NCBI RefSeq assembly: GCF_009914755.1
Contig: NC_060934.1
DNA: 64,000 nt
Strand: one strand, 5' to 3'
Source: the human T2T-CHM13v2.0 reference genome, Homo sapiens
In this document: positions 1 to 13,399 of the stretch, piece by piece
Layout of the letters: the number at the start of each line of letters is the position of its first letter
Position numbering within the stretch: position 1 is the stretch's first letter
Made by a program: the position numbers and the translations under genes
The notes under the pieces: generated by a model
Databases searched by the model: none
What the model saw: only the letters and a program-made list of their open reading frames with translations
Told to the model about the DNA's origin: nothing

Positions 1-1469
1 GCCCATGTCTTATGGATACCACAATCTCCTGTTGCATTCTGGCCAGTGAACCTGAGTCCCCGAAGACCTAAAGTTGCTCTGGGTTCTCTGAAATTCATAA
101 TATGTAGAAGTTACTCTGTGTTGCATGAAAAGTGGACAGCTGTCTGGAAGTGCCTCATTCCCTGATTCAGGGATGTAATTTTTCACACAAATACTGAAGA
201 GGTACTGCTCCAAAGGCTCCCAAGACTTTAGTGAGAAGTTCTTTGTTTTTCTCTACAGTTCTTTCCTGCCTATCTCCCTATAAGAGTCACAGGGTATTTT
301 AAGGGGGAATGTCCAGTACATGAATCAAGTGATGGGCACAATGATATTCTCAGAAGTATCACTCACAACAATTATTAAAGTTTTGTTAATAGTTCAACTT
401 TGTCTACCTTCATCCTCCCTGGGAAGGAGTTCTCTCCCCAGAAATGCTATCTAGTCTCTCTTGTGAATTGTCTTCTGGCAGGTCAGTTTCACCAATCTCA
501 TAGACATGCCCAAACGTGTGGGCATTTGGGTGACAGGGCTGGCTTAGGCTCAAGCTAGGGACACCATGATAGCCACATAAATGTGAAACTGTTTCTTGGC
601 ATATTAGTTAAGAAAAGAAATTGATGATTGAGGTAGTAAGAGGCAGGTAATCCTATATGTTGCCTCTTATTTGCCATCTTCCACATCTCACACATATGGC
701 ACAGATGATCCATATCTCTGAATAAATATTTTATTCAACATATGCATAAAAACCTCCTCCTGGAGGAAAAGTTCTAAATCCAGAATAGAATCATGTCCCC
801 AGAATACTGGCCTATTAAAACAAACTTGGAAGAGTTGTAGGAAGGGGTAAATTATCAGATGCCAAGATCCTATGTAAATACTAGTTTATACTACCTTAAC
901 AGTCTTCCTGAAGATTTCACTTTTTTTCCCCTTCTATGAATCTGTTCTTTGCTCTGCCTCCCTCTCTCTCCAACCATCAAAGTCTTGGCTGGGCTTCTCG
1001 TTCTTCCTCATGGGATATCATTTCCTGTTCACGGGTGTTGCTGCTTCAGGTCTTTATGAAAAATGTGCTTAAAATTTCTTCCATCCAGTCATCTTATTCC
1101 TGAGTCAGTTTCTTCTGGTTCGAATCTTAATCCTGGGTAATCTATTTACCTTGTCCCAACTTTCAAAGATACTGCCTTTTAGGAGTTTCTAAAAATCTCA
1201 AGTTTCCATGAAGGTAGAAGCTTCTACCATGATAAAATGCAGGTGATTTCATCAAGTCCTGTAATGTCTACACCTGCATCACTCTAATTCTTTAACCCAC
1301 TACACCTGAGCTATGTTTGTTTCCCTGATAAAGACTATGCTTTGACAGAATTGATTGGATGATTGGAGCAATGGCAAAAGCAAGGCCCTAGAATAATTGT
1401 GTTTAATATCCTGACTCTGTTTCGTTCACAGGTTCATGTGGTCTGAAATGTTGGGACTTCCTCCTGCAG

Positions 1470-1980
1470 ATGATGGGGAACTACTGCAGGTTTTAGATCA
1501 GGGTTATATAATACAATTCAGTCTGTCCCTAATGGGCAATATGAATTAATGAAGGAGGACACTAAGGCAGGTGATAATTAGAATATAACAGAATAAGAGG
1601 GCAACAGAATTTTTAAAAATAAATGAGGTTTAAGGTGAAGAATGTGTGTGTCAGCTATGGAAATGCAACTATCATAACTGGCAACAATTTGAAAGACAAT
1701 AAAATGTACTAGGTTTAGGACAAAACACATTTCAGATAATGGTATTTAAGTTAGCTGATGACACAGAACTGGGGCTTGGAGACAGAAAGTATAAACATAA
1801 GTAAAAAGAAAAAGAGTTAAAATTGTGGTACAGAATCATATCACCAAAGAAAATGACAGAGAGAATAGAACACCAAGGACTAAGTCAACCTGGGAATAGC
1901 CATAGTTAGCAGAATGTCAGGGGAGAAAAGTGAGGTTCAGATTTTAGCTAATAAGTGAACATTAGAAGGCCGATTTCCAT
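1470..1980 (-). mobile_element. L2 LINE fragment
   Basis: Degenerate L2 antisense motifs such as actactgcaggttttagatcaggg and ccaaggactaagtcaacctgggaatagcc. Boundaries approximate. Confidence 0.5.
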
Positions 1981-2499
1981 CATAAAGCTTGTTAAATGGT
2001 GTTACCCAAGAAACAATAACTCTTGCTTAACCTTTACCCTGGAGCAAATGCTCAAACCAGCTTTGGCAGGCTCAGTTCACTGGCTGGTACTATACCAGAA
2101 CTCCACTCTAATACTATTTTTGAAGACTCATCTTCTAATGAGGTGTTTTCCATGGTTCATTACTACAGTTCCCTGAAATGGGGCCAATGCACCCTTGCTT
2201 TGGGCTGAAATAAGGTTGTAGTGTGATTCCAAAATATTTGTCAATACATTAATAGTTTGCATGGTAGTAGTACAGACAGTGCCTGAAATAAACAGGTTTA
2301 ATAAGCAGATGTTGAAGAAATAAATGACTGGTTGGATGTGCAAAAATTTAATCCTATGCAAAGTGGGTACAGAAATTTGAATATTGAATAAAAATCCTTA
2401 ATGACAATAATATTGTAGGAGTTGGCAAATAGATGCAATCAAAAAGATTCAGTAGTGTAAATTTCCCTAAGCAAAACCATTCTGAACCAATAAAGATTT

Positions 2500-3110
2500 A
2501 GCAGGCCTGGTATTGAGTGTCCATGATATGAAAACTTGAGCTCCTGTGAAAACTGCAGGTTAAATACAAGCCAATGATGTTATGCTATAATTTTAAAACC
2601 AAGATTTATACAAAAATATTTTCAATAAGAAACACAGGGCAATTATCTCTTCAGGCTCACCACTGGTCAACCCTCTATAAGGGTACTTATTAGGTTCAAT
2701 GTTAGGCCCACAAACTAAAAATTTCTCTAAAGGATTTGGAAGGAGTCCTGAGGAAACTAATCAAAGAGATTAAAGGAACAAAAAAATGATGAGAAAATTG
2801 GCCCCAAAGAGAAACACAAAAGAAACACCATTTATTTAACCTAAGAAGAAGAAGCTGAAAAGCAAATAACAATCTTCAAATATTTTGCCAATGTGGCCAG
2901 CAGCTGTTCTGTATCACTGTAAGCAGGACAAAAGAAAATGAACTTCCAGAGCAAAGGCAGCAAAGTGCAAATGCACCACTGGTTTTTCCCCAAAGAACTT
3001 CCTGGCTGCAGGAGCTGGGACGTACTGTTTGATAGGAACTCAAGAGACAGTGGCATTTCCCTCTCTCTGGACCTTCCTTAGCATGAGTGTGCAGCTATAT
3101 ATTTAAACAG
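2500..3110 (+). mobile_element. CR1/L3 LINE 3' fragment
   Basis: tttaacctaagaagaagaagctgaaaagcaaataacaatcttcaaatattttg...aaagaacttcctggc...ggcatttccctctctctgga follows the L3 ORF2 end and 3' UTR consensus. Confidence 0.65.
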
Positions 3111-3899
3111 CTGTCCAGGGAAGAGGGAGCAATTCTATAAACAAATCAAAAAAAACCCTTTTCTATCTTTACAGTTGTCAAAATCATCACATACAGTTAA
3201 GTCACAAGAGATGTGAAAAGAAACTTTCAGAAGAGTCATTTTTCTCAAGATTCCTTAAAGGGAGGATTCTGAACCTTCATCATAAAAACGGTTTCCTTAA
3301 ATAAAATAATGCTATTGGTTAGCTATAAGTCTGCTTTCCATGCATTCCACTGTGCCATTCAGAAAATAACTGGATTGTATATTTGCAGGCAAGTGTAAAA
3401 GGACACTCTACTTTCTATTATTCCAAAAAGCTGAGCATTTATAGACTTTTTGAAAATATGTTACATACTTTCTGAAAGGAATTATTCAAATGTCAGTTTA
3501 AGCCTATAAAGCAATACAACTAGATGGCATTTATTATTATTCCACTTCACTTCCTTTCTCCTTTAGGAGCAAGGGATCGCTTTACATCAGGTTCCAAGCT
3601 CAGAAACATTTGGCTACAGTCCTTTCTAATCTTTGAGTCAGAAATTACAAAGAACAAAACAAAAGATGATTCTCTCCCATCTCTTTCATGTATTCCAAAT
3701 TCTCACTGAAATCCAGGAAAGAGTTATTACAGTGTTTTGGTTGGATATTCAGTTTTAAAAAGAAGCCAAAGAAAGTCCTTTGTAGATACTGTATAGAAAT
3801 GCAGAACCTAGCTGGGATTCTCAAGGCAAGCGTGGTTTCAGAATCACCTGCATAGGAGCCGCATCACTACTCAATTTATAAATTCACTCCTTCCTCCCT

Positions 3900-4500
3900 T
3901 ACCATTGAGCCAGGACAATAAGGAAAATGAGTGGCAGGTCCATACCTCTGCCGACCTACATCTTCCTGGTACATGGATTTTCCACAAGGATCACTGTCAC
4001 TCAGCTGTAACATTGAACAATATTATATCTGGTTAAACATCAGCTTCCTGGAATGTACTGTTGACTGTGCTAAACTTGCAATAATTTCTGTTTGGCTTTG
4101 GCCCTTGTTTCTATCACAGCTTTTTGAACTCTATCTTCTCGTAATTTTTGACCACACATCATTCCTTAAAACTGATTATATTAAAAAAAAAAGCTCTTTA
4201 GGTTTCCTGGCTCTATCCTCTTTCCCTGGCTATAGGCAGTGCCCCCTGATGGCTTCCTGGGCCCTGCTTGTCTATCCTGTTCTGTAACAGCAATAGAACC
4301 ACTGGCGCCTTCCAACCTCAATTGGTCAGCTTCATGTATATATTGTGACGTTAAAAAGGTTTTCATTTATTTGGAGCCCAATTCAGCAACAGACAACTTA
4401 TTTACCTCAGCATCTAGCATAATATAGTAAGCACAGTATGGTATAGTATATAGTAGGTTCTTAACATTTGTTGAGTATATGTATGAATGAATGAAAGAAA
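3900..4500 (+). mobile_element. L2 LINE fragment with 3' tail
   Basis: ttgaccacacatcattccttaaaact ORF2 motif, plus a tail tagtaggttcttaacatttgttgag...gaatgaatgaa. Confidence 0.55.
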
Positions 4501-4624
4501 TCCTGACCTGCACCATAGTCATGCTACTAAAGTGATTTTGTTTTAGAGACTAGACATGCTGTGCAAAATAACTTAACTCTGTTATCTATATTTCCAGGCA
4601 ATTGTAAAATAATCCTATTTTCTA

Positions 4625-4792
4625 TTAGCTATTTAAATTAATTAAAATTAAACAAAATTTAACATTCAGTTCTTCAGTTATACTAACCACATTTCAACAG
4701 CTAAACAGCCACATGTGCCTATGTCTACCATGTCAGACAGTGCAGATATAGAACATTTCCAGGATCACATAAAGTTCTATTCAACAGTACTA
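4625..4792 (-). mobile_element. MER3-like hAT-Charlie DNA transposon
   Basis: Reverse complement matches MER3: ...aatagaactttatgtgatcctggaaatgttctatatctgcactgtc...cacatgtggctg...gaactgaat... Confidence 0.8.
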
Positions 4793-4986
4793 GATTCGAC
4801 CACTTTCTCATTTGTCCATATAAATACTGGTCCTTTATATACTCTTCTGTCAAATACTGGCTGTATCTAACCTTTCCGTATTCTTCAAGTACTAAAACTC
4901 CTTGCCTTAATCCAAAATAAAATCACGCTTCAGCTTATTTTCCCAGTCTGGCAACCTAATGGCAAGGATCATTTAAACTCCATGTA

Positions 4987-5008
4987 TGCCATATATATAT
5001 ATATATGG

Positions 5009-5070
<62 letters not shown>

Positions 5071-5110
5071 TACTATGTACCCACAAAAATTAAAATAAAT
5101 AAATAAATAA
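4987..5110. repeat. Compound (TA)n/(CA)n microsatellite followed by an L1MA-type 3' terminus
   Basis: (TA)/(CA) runs at 4991-5071, then tactatgtacccacaaaaattaaaataaataaataaataa. Confidence 0.85.
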
Positions 5111-6539
5111 ACTGCAGCAAGGAGAAACTTTAGTTGCTCAAGTTATCTGGAGCATAAAATACATTGTATTCTTGGTGTGTTTGTGTGTATGTGTGTGTAT
5201 AAGAGACACTTAAACCAAACATTTAATACCATAATTAATTACTTCATTCTATACCCTATCCCATACAAATCCTGATCATCACTAATATGAAATATATTCT
5301 ATGGAACACGAGAGAACCTGTAACTTCACATTTTTTCACTAATATAAACTTTCTTCATATTTATAAAGGCACTGGGAAAGCCCTATTTAACTGCGTGTAG
5401 AGCATCTAAGTAATGAAATAGTTCAGATGAAAGAATCTATAGCAATGCAGAAGGCCATTCAATGCTAAGGGAAGGTGTTTAAGCAGAAAGCAGGTTTTTA
5501 GCAGACCTCATTTTTATTTTTAATTTTATTTATTTTTGTTAATATGGAACTATGTTTACAAATAGTGCTGCAGAAACTTGCAATGGCTTCCTGGGCCCTG
5601 CGTATGTAGTAGTGCAGTTACTACATACGCAAACACTTACTGGTATTCAAACTAATCCTGTGCTGAAAGAAGAGATCCTCATATCTTCCAGACCACAGTA
5701 TCTTAGTAAATTAGATATTGTGATTTGTTATTAAGATCTTACAAATAGATATTCACCCACAAAGGAGAATAATTCAGGTCAAGTAGGTGGTAAAGAATAT
5801 TACTTTTTATTTATTTGACTAGAGTATTGCTGTGGGGTACAACTAGGCTAATAAAAACATTGTATGTTCTGGTACATTTCTGTATTTATAACATTAAATC
5901 ACAGTTTTATCAGACACTAGAGATTATCATACCTCCCAGTAATAGCACAAATATGAATTAGCTGCCCAGGTCTCCTCAGCCCCTTAGGAAATCATGATAT
6001 GACTCACTAAAAAAACTGGCCGAATGCCCACAGAAGCCAATCAACTTTTGTGGGATGAGGTGAAGTCCAAGTGACTTTGCTTACCAAGGTGCAATGAATC
6101 CAGCAAAGCTGCAACTTAACTCTTGTTTAAACCTACTTCATCTTCACAATCTTACAGTGGCCATAGCATCTCAACTACTGCAAATAAAAATCAAAAACAG
6201 ACTCTGCCAAGTAGGTCTTTTGATTTTATAAAAAAGATCAAAAGAGTCAGAGCAATCAGTGCAGCAAATGGTCACCTTGAGAAAAATATAGCAAATCTTT
6301 AACACATTTAGAAATCATACTAGATGAATTTATGCAAAAAATCAGAATTGCAGAGCCTCTGCCCTGAATGATAAAGAAGTTAGGAACTTTCAATTAAGCA
6401 TGAAGAATTAAGCATTGTGTTTATTTACGCTTCCTTATTTCCTACTAAAATGACAATAAAAACTGAATAAATCTAAAAGGACAAACAAAACCTGAGAAGA
6501 CACAACAGCAGACAAAACAGCAACAAAATTTTGGAAGCT

Positions 6540-6838
6540 GGACAGGCACGCTAGCTCAGGTCTGTAATCCCAACACTTTGGGAGGCTGAGGTGGGAGGAT
6601 CACTTGAGGCCAGGAGTTCAAGACAAACCTGGGCAACATAGGGAGGCCCTACCTCTACAAAAAAATTTAAAAACGTAGCCAGGCATAGTGGTTCATGCCT
6701 GTAGTCCTAGCTACTCAGGAGGCTGAGGCATATAGATCAACTTGAGCTCAGGAGTTTGAGGTTACAGTGAGCTGGAATCACGCCACTGCACTCCAGTCTG
6801 GGTGACAGAGCAAGACTCTGTCTCAAAAAAAAAAAAAA
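6540..6838 (+). mobile_element. AluJ
   Basis: Full dimer with J diagnostics (gggaggatcacttgag, cctgggcaacatag) and an A tail. TSD aaaat(t)ttggaagct / aaaatctggaagct. Confidence 0.95.
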
Positions 6839-6964
6839 TCTGGAAGCTACTGAATAGTAGAAAAGATAACTGCCCTTCACTAAAGAAAGCTCAATTCTAA
6901 GTTTGCAAAGGAGGTTAGCAGTGGGAAACCAGTAAAGCCGCAGAACTGCAGAAATGTTAAGGAA

Positions 6965-7011
6965 CTGGAGGCACCAGGTGTCTCTGGAGGCACCAGGTGT
7001 CTCTGGAGGCA
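6965..7011. repeat. 19-bp perfect tandem repeat x2.5
   Basis: ctggaggcaccaggtgtct twice, then ctggaggca. Confidence 0.95.
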
Positions 7012-7434
7012 GAGGTGAGGGGTAGAAAAGAAAAAAAAAGAGGGCAGTTAAGTACTTGGGTTCTAGGGATCTGCATATTTCTTCCTCCCTCCTTTACAAT
7101 CAGAAGACTTCTCAACCTCATCAAGGCAGAAGACTGGAAGTTTATTCTCTGAAGGTGCAGAATCATGTAGGTGTACAAATCTGTGTGGGTCACTCTCCTT
7201 CACTTAACTAGGGAATTAAGTGAAAGTCTACAGACATAATGGAGAGGCACTCTCGCCTCCCCAGCTTCATTTTGCCAGACCTTCAGCTTCTCCCTACACC
7301 AGCAACCTTCCCCATCCCCAGGCAGAACACTAAAGGTCTATCTCTGAGAAACTGGCCTGTTTATGAGAAAGGCCTAAAGATATTAACATTTGGGAGCAGG
7401 ACCCTCACATAGTTTCTCCAGTTTTTATCTTTAC

Positions 7435-7570
7435 CAGGGACATTGGCTGAAGGTGAGTGAGGGATAAAATCCAAGCCCTGCTCCACTTACCAAGCCCTGT
7501 GCCCTGGGGAGGGGCTTTGTTAGGCCAGGGGGAGGGGCTACCTTTTTCTAATTAGCATAAAGGCACCAAC
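7435..7570 (+). mobile_element. MER91A-like hAT DNA transposon
   Basis: ggctgaaggtgagtgagggataaaatccaagccctgctccac...ggggctacctttttctaattagcataaaggcacc resembles MER91A. Confidence 0.6.
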
Positions 7571-8620
7571 TGATAAACAACTCACATGCCTCATGGGATA
7601 TCTTTTTCTATTTCATACAATGGAGCCATATAGATTAATTGTAATTCTATTGAGAGGTCCCCCTTGAAATGGTCGAAATCTTTCCTGATTTTCCTTGGTG
7701 AAATGTGCCAGTCCACAGGCAATCCCTCTTCCCCCCACATATACACAAATACATAGAGCTTCCAGTTGGCATTTTAGTTGTGCACCTTTAAAATACGAAT
7801 GGACAGCCAAGGGTCACCCATTATGAAGAAAATCTGCAACACCAAAAGGAAAAAGACTCAACTAAGCCAAAAAAGGAATTGAAAGAAAAGAAAGATAAAA
7901 CTTGAAAAAAAAATAAAATCTGGGAAAAAAGTTTGTTATCCTCAGAGAGATAAGATAGTGCATCCAGAAAATAAGAAAGGACACTACAATAAAAATAAAA
8001 AAAAATCATAAAAGAAAATTCAGCAGAAGGTTTGAAAGATAATATGGAAGAAATCTAAATGGTAGTACTAAAAAACAGAAAAGTAGAAAATAGAGAAGAG
8101 TTAATAAAATGTGAGACTGAGTGAACAAAAAATATTCAGAAAAGAAAAGAAAATGAAGGATATACATATATGCATATATTGGCACAGGGCTACAAAATTT
8201 CAGAAGATATGAATAAAAAGAAGAATCTAAAAGCTTCCAGGAAGAAAAAAAAGAAGTTAGAAAAGGGCTAAGACATCAGAATGATGCCACATTTTTAGCA
8301 GTAAAACTAGAAGGTGGAAGACAACAAATCAGTATCTTTAGAAATCTAAGAGGAAATCATACTTAGAATTCTTGCTTAGTCAAATTACAACTCAAGTAGG
8401 AGAAAGATAGGCCTGTGTGGAAAATGTATGTCCTATGTACTTATTAGGAAGCTGCAAAAGGATGTACTTTACCCAAACAAGGGGATAAAGAAAGAAAGCA
8501 GGAAACAGGATACAACATAGGGAAGAGGTGATGAGAATGCCCTGGATGATAATGAAAGATGTGAGCTCTGAGGCAGATCTAGAGATAAACTAGTCCTGAG
8601 AGTAGTAAGAGAAAGGACAG

Positions 8621-8928
8621 GGCTGGGCATGGTGGCTCACTCCTCTGTAATCCCAGCACTTTGGGAGGCCGAGGCGGGCGGATCACTTGAGGCCAGGAGT
8701 TCAAGACTAGCCTGGCTAACGTGGTGAAACCTCTTCTCTACTAAAAATACAAATTACAAAAATTAGCTGGGCATGGTGGCACATGCCTGTAATCCCAGCT
8801 ACTCAGGAGGTTAAGTCAGGAGAATTGCTTGAACCCAGGAGGCGGAGGTTGCAGTGAGCCAAGACCGCACCACTGCACTCCAGCCTGGGTGACAGTGCAA
8901 GACTCCGTCTCAAAAAAAAAAAAAAAAA
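8621..8928 (+). mobile_element. AluS (Sz/Sx-like)
   Basis: Full dimer with an A tail and TSD aaaggacag on both sides. Confidence 0.95.
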
Positions 8929-9759
8929 AGGACAGAACTAAGAAGTAATGTCTCCAGAAAAATCCATCAATCAATCAATAGAATATCTAATGTGGTTAAC
9001 TGGATTGAAAGAATGTTTTTAGTTGTGCCAACAATTTGGCTATAAATTAATGCTAGGAATGTCCTCAAAATTCCTAATATCCCATGCATCTGGAAGGAAC
9101 AGAAGGCACTGTTATTTGAGTGGATTGGGAAAGGATGTAGAAATATTTCTTCCTTACTCTTTATACTTCCATTAGGATAATTTTCTCTAAAAAATCTCCA
9201 TCCCTCCTCCCACTCCTCAGTCCTCTACAGATGTGAATTTAGGAGAGAGGGAGGCACTTGAAGGAGGAACAGGGTATGCAAAATCCAGCGTCTTCCTCTA
9301 TTTCTAGAGGAAACCTCAAGTTTGATCTGCTTCTCCCTACCATAAATTGTATAGGGGCAGGTTCTCCCCTGCAAAGGTATGTGGTTTTCTAGTGCTGCCT
9401 CTGACTGGGTGGGCAGGTCTGTTCAGTATTAAATGGCTACGTTTAGCTATACACATTCTTCCAACATGCTATATCAGTAACAAAAGTGGTTTGCTTTGCA
9501 TTTGCCTGATTCCTTTCCTCTTTCTCTCTCTCAGCTGGTTCTAAATTTTGGTAATGAAAAGGATTGTTATTTATTGCTCTCCCAAACATCAACACTGTTA
9601 TGATTGTATATGTGTGTAATGATGGGTAGTAGTGTATTTTACTGAGTAAGCAGTATGCAAAAAGGATAATTACTCATATTTAAAATTCAGGATTAAATGT
9701 CTAATTTCTGAAGGTGAGGAAGAGAGCAAAGTCTACTTCCCATAATTATTTCAAGAGAA

Positions 9760-10880
9760 GATATTTTAATTATGAAACATTCCAAACATATGAAAAGAAC
9801 AGAGAATACTATAAAAACACTTACAGATCATCACTCAGCCTTAACAAATCTGAACATTGTTATTTTTGTTCATACAATATATTGAGAAACCAGCACAAAA
9901 TAGATCTGAAGTCCTCTGAAATCACTTACTTGTTTCTTCTCCCTCTCCCACTATCCTGAAATTGTTAGATACCATTCTGATGAATGTGTTTTTCCAATAC
10001 TTTTACTATACACATAGGTATACACCATATAGTATTGTTTTATTCACTTTAGCATTTAAATATGTGGTATCATATGGCAAATAGAATTCTGCAGCTTATG
10101 TTTTCCAGGCAACATTACTAATGAAAAAACAATTCGAGTCAATGCTAGTCAGCTCAAGAGTGCCTGACCTGGATCAAATCCTGGCTCCAAGGCCTTTAAG
10201 GCAAGTGACTTTATCTCCAAATTGATATCCTCATTTACAAAATGGTAATAATAACGTCCCTTCCTCATGGGCCTCTTGTGAAAAGCGAATGGGTAGATAC
10301 TCATACAGCACTCAGAACTGCACCTGGCACATACCAAAGTATCTGCAATAGATCTTGTTTCTAAATGGTGACTTTGATCTGTTGACAAGATGTTGACTAC
10401 AAATACATTAAACTTATTTCTACCACCTTATTCTTTGTTTCCTGTTTCTTTTGTTTCTTTTTCTCTGTTTTTGTGACTTTTAGTTAATTGACATTTCTAA
10501 CTTTCATGTTTTTTCCTCTGTCAATTTAGAAGTTACAATTTTATGTAGTTATTTTTTTGTGGTACTCAAAATTTAACTACTCGTTCAACATATGTATATG
10601 CACCTCTTTGTTGTTGTTTAGCATTTTAGTTTAATGTTTAACAAACTAAAAAGAAAATGCTATTTGTTTACAGCCAACAGCTAATTACATTTACAAATAT
10701 CTTTCTGTGCTCACCATTGCCTCTCATACCTCATTTTTTCCCTTTGCTTTTGCTTTTCTTAAACATAACTTTTGATAATTCTCATAGTGACTGTATGTAA
10801 ATGATAATCCATTATTATTTTTAGTACTGAAAATATAACATTTTTCTCACAAAATATGGCTTTGATTCTGGCTAAATATA
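9760..10880 (-). mobile_element. Old L1M/L1ME fragments, interrupted by a MIR
   Basis: attttaattatgaaacattccaaacatatgaaaag... is an antisense L1ME 3' end; T-rich antisense L1 sequence continues at 10360-10880. Confidence 0.55.
10150..10345 (+). mobile_element. MIR SINE
   Basis: gacctggatcaaatcctggctcc...ggcaagtgactt...cctcatttacaaaatgg...cacctggcacata. Confidence 0.8.
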
Positions 10881-13399
10881 ATGCCATGCTCAGCAAAAGC
10901 TTTCGCCTAATAAATACATGCCAAACGAATGAACAAATGAATAGGTAAATCCACAGGAAACAAAGAGGGAGCACCAAGGCAGGATCATCAAAGAAGCCTG
11001 ATGAGATAACATAATGTTTTCAGAAATGCACATAATTTCACTTCTTAATAAATAAAAAATAATTCACTTTACAAAATAAAAGACGCTAGATGGGAAGGAA
11101 AAAAAGTTTGAATTAAGTATTATTTAATAGAAGTTAAACTGAGTAAATGTTCTCAGTGAATGTCCCTAAAGCCACTGGTCCCAATATTTATAAGTAGAGG
11201 AACCAATCATTACAGAGTACAACATCTGATTTTAGTTTTCAGGATTACATGGAAGGATACAGAAGTACACCAGAGGTCAGCCTTGCTTTATCAATATTCC
11301 TACAAGTTTGTAGGTATTGCTAGGCAACAAAGAGAAACATAAAAGCAGAAGGGCTTGTTGAAGTACTGAAAAAAAAAAAAAGGCAACTATAAGGGAATGT
11401 TTTTTAAACTCATCTTTTAGATAAGTTGTATGTATTTTCATTTATCTTGACTCCAAATTGAATTTGAGCATTTGAAAAACCCCCGTTAGATTAGGTACAT
11501 TACGATTCCACTTAGTCTAGATAAAAGCTTTATAGAAAGAGCAAGGACATTCAAGTTATGAAGGCAAAGTGCTTTTTTCCTGGTTAGATGTTAGCAATGC
11601 AGGCACTCCCCACTCAAACCACTCTGTAGATCTCAGCACCACTCAATCATAGCTGCATATTTCCACCAATTCTGGATTTTTGCCACCTTTATTCATTCAG
11701 TAATTTTTATATAATGGCACATACTAAGTCAGGGCACCATCTTCTGCCAGAAATTCCCTTTTAAAAGCTCATTCCACTATCCCAGTGATAGTTTTTATGG
11801 GTTTCCAGCGATCTGTGAAGTATTCTTATGACTAAATATTACGTAGATTGACATTACTTTTTGCTCTGGTGTAGAATTTCTTTGTTCTGAGATTGAATAC
11901 CTTTAACTTGAAAAAGGAGAGAGTGAATGAGGAAAATTTTAGATCAGCTCTTTAGGGCCAGAAACAAAATCATTATCCCTCCAAAAACAAATATTGAGTA
12001 ATCCCTACAATTAGATGAGGCAGAACTACCTAATCTTGCTTGCTTCCTCCAACCCCCATCTCTACTTAGCAGTAAAAGGGAGTATCAGCTCAAGTCTTAG
12101 TTGAGTGAAGCTTTTGAAAGAATTAGGTCATTAAAGTCATTCTTCAAAGTCCCTTCTAAATTTTAGAAGAGTTTTTGTTGTCAGAATCTTAATTCATGTT
12201 TACGACAGCCTTTACATTTCTGTTAAATGCATAATCTAATTTGTATCTTTACATTTTACATACATATAATACACACAATCATTGTGTATAATACACTGAT
12301 GCACACTTTACAAGACTTAGAATATGGAATATGTTTTTATTACTTTAAGTTATCACAGAAGATTTTAGTTATTATAACTTTTATGATACTCCAATGGTTA
12401 TATCTAAAATTGAGCCTGATAAGGAATGCAAATACTTACTAGTATACTGCTCCTATGGGAAAAATAAATGATTGATTTTTCCATAATCTAGTTTTATGAT
12501 ATTGTTTCTAATGATGAAATGTAATGAAAAGCAAAGATTGGTTCCATTTGGGAACCAATCAACAATAGAATTTAGCAAACACTTATTAACCTTTTACTAT
12601 GTATAAGCTATTCACATAAATTCTGTGGAGGGTACAATTAAAATAAAGCATAATTATTGCCTCAAGAAACTTAACACTTGGTAGATCAGATATGTACTCA
12701 AACAGTTAAACCATCGTAAATTCTATAGAAATCCTAAGGATAAAGTGTTAGATAATCACAGAGAGTTCTGCAGATTGTCTAATAATTACAGTATCAATAC
12801 TAATCTTCTGAAAAGGGAAATCATAGATATTGAAAAATCTGCCCATTTACATAAAGGCAATGAAAATAGAGATGGCAGAGAACCACTCAAATCACATGCA
12901 AATAAGGATTTGGAAGAGAAAAACCAATTAACTTAAGAAGGGACTAAGGACTGACATGATATTTTAAGAAATGAAATAATAAGAAGGTGCTCTAGGTAAA
13001 ACTGAGTTTCTAGAATACTTTTTCATGAAATATTTATGTTGGTGCTGCAAAAGTCAAAATCATGTTATTGAATTATTCTGTCATACAATTGTTAGAAAAT
13101 TGTGCCCCAACAAAATAAACATTTAATTGCTCTTTGTATATTCTAAGAATTAGCACATAATTTCAATTACAACCTAAATTTATTAATTATAAGTAAATAA
13201 ACATGTTTGTAATGTATAATCTTTAGTTTCATTTTTCAAGTTAGAGTGCCAGTCAATTCTCTTATTCTTATTTATTAAGAAATGTTGGCCACAGCTTGGC
13301 CTTTTCTTTAGTACAAATCATCATTGGTTAAAGAGCACCACCAAGTATTACTTTTGGCTGAGGATAGAATAAAAGGATAAAAGGAGGCAGCCTTGAAGG

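Larger units (their letters stand above)
6420..9060 (+). mobile_element. Ancient HAL1/L1M-type element (5' region and ORF1 remnant) interrupted by two Alus and MER91
   Basis: cagcaacaaaattttggaagct 5' motif; atcagaatgatgccacatttttagcagtaaaactagaaggtggaagacaa and ggaagctgcaaaaggatgtactttacccaaacaagggg ORF1-end motifs. Confidence 0.65.

Noticed and set aside
1-1350. Possible ancient Gypsy-type LTR/integrase remnant on the minus strand (YHGVP at ~557-571; TG start near 1346; AATAAA near 730)
   Set aside because: There is only a five-residue resemblance and no continuous frame, so I cannot support it without a Dfam/nhmmer search.
4987-5010. 24-bp palindrome tgcc(at)8ggca
   Set aside because: Mostly explained by the self-complementary (AT)n microsatellite.
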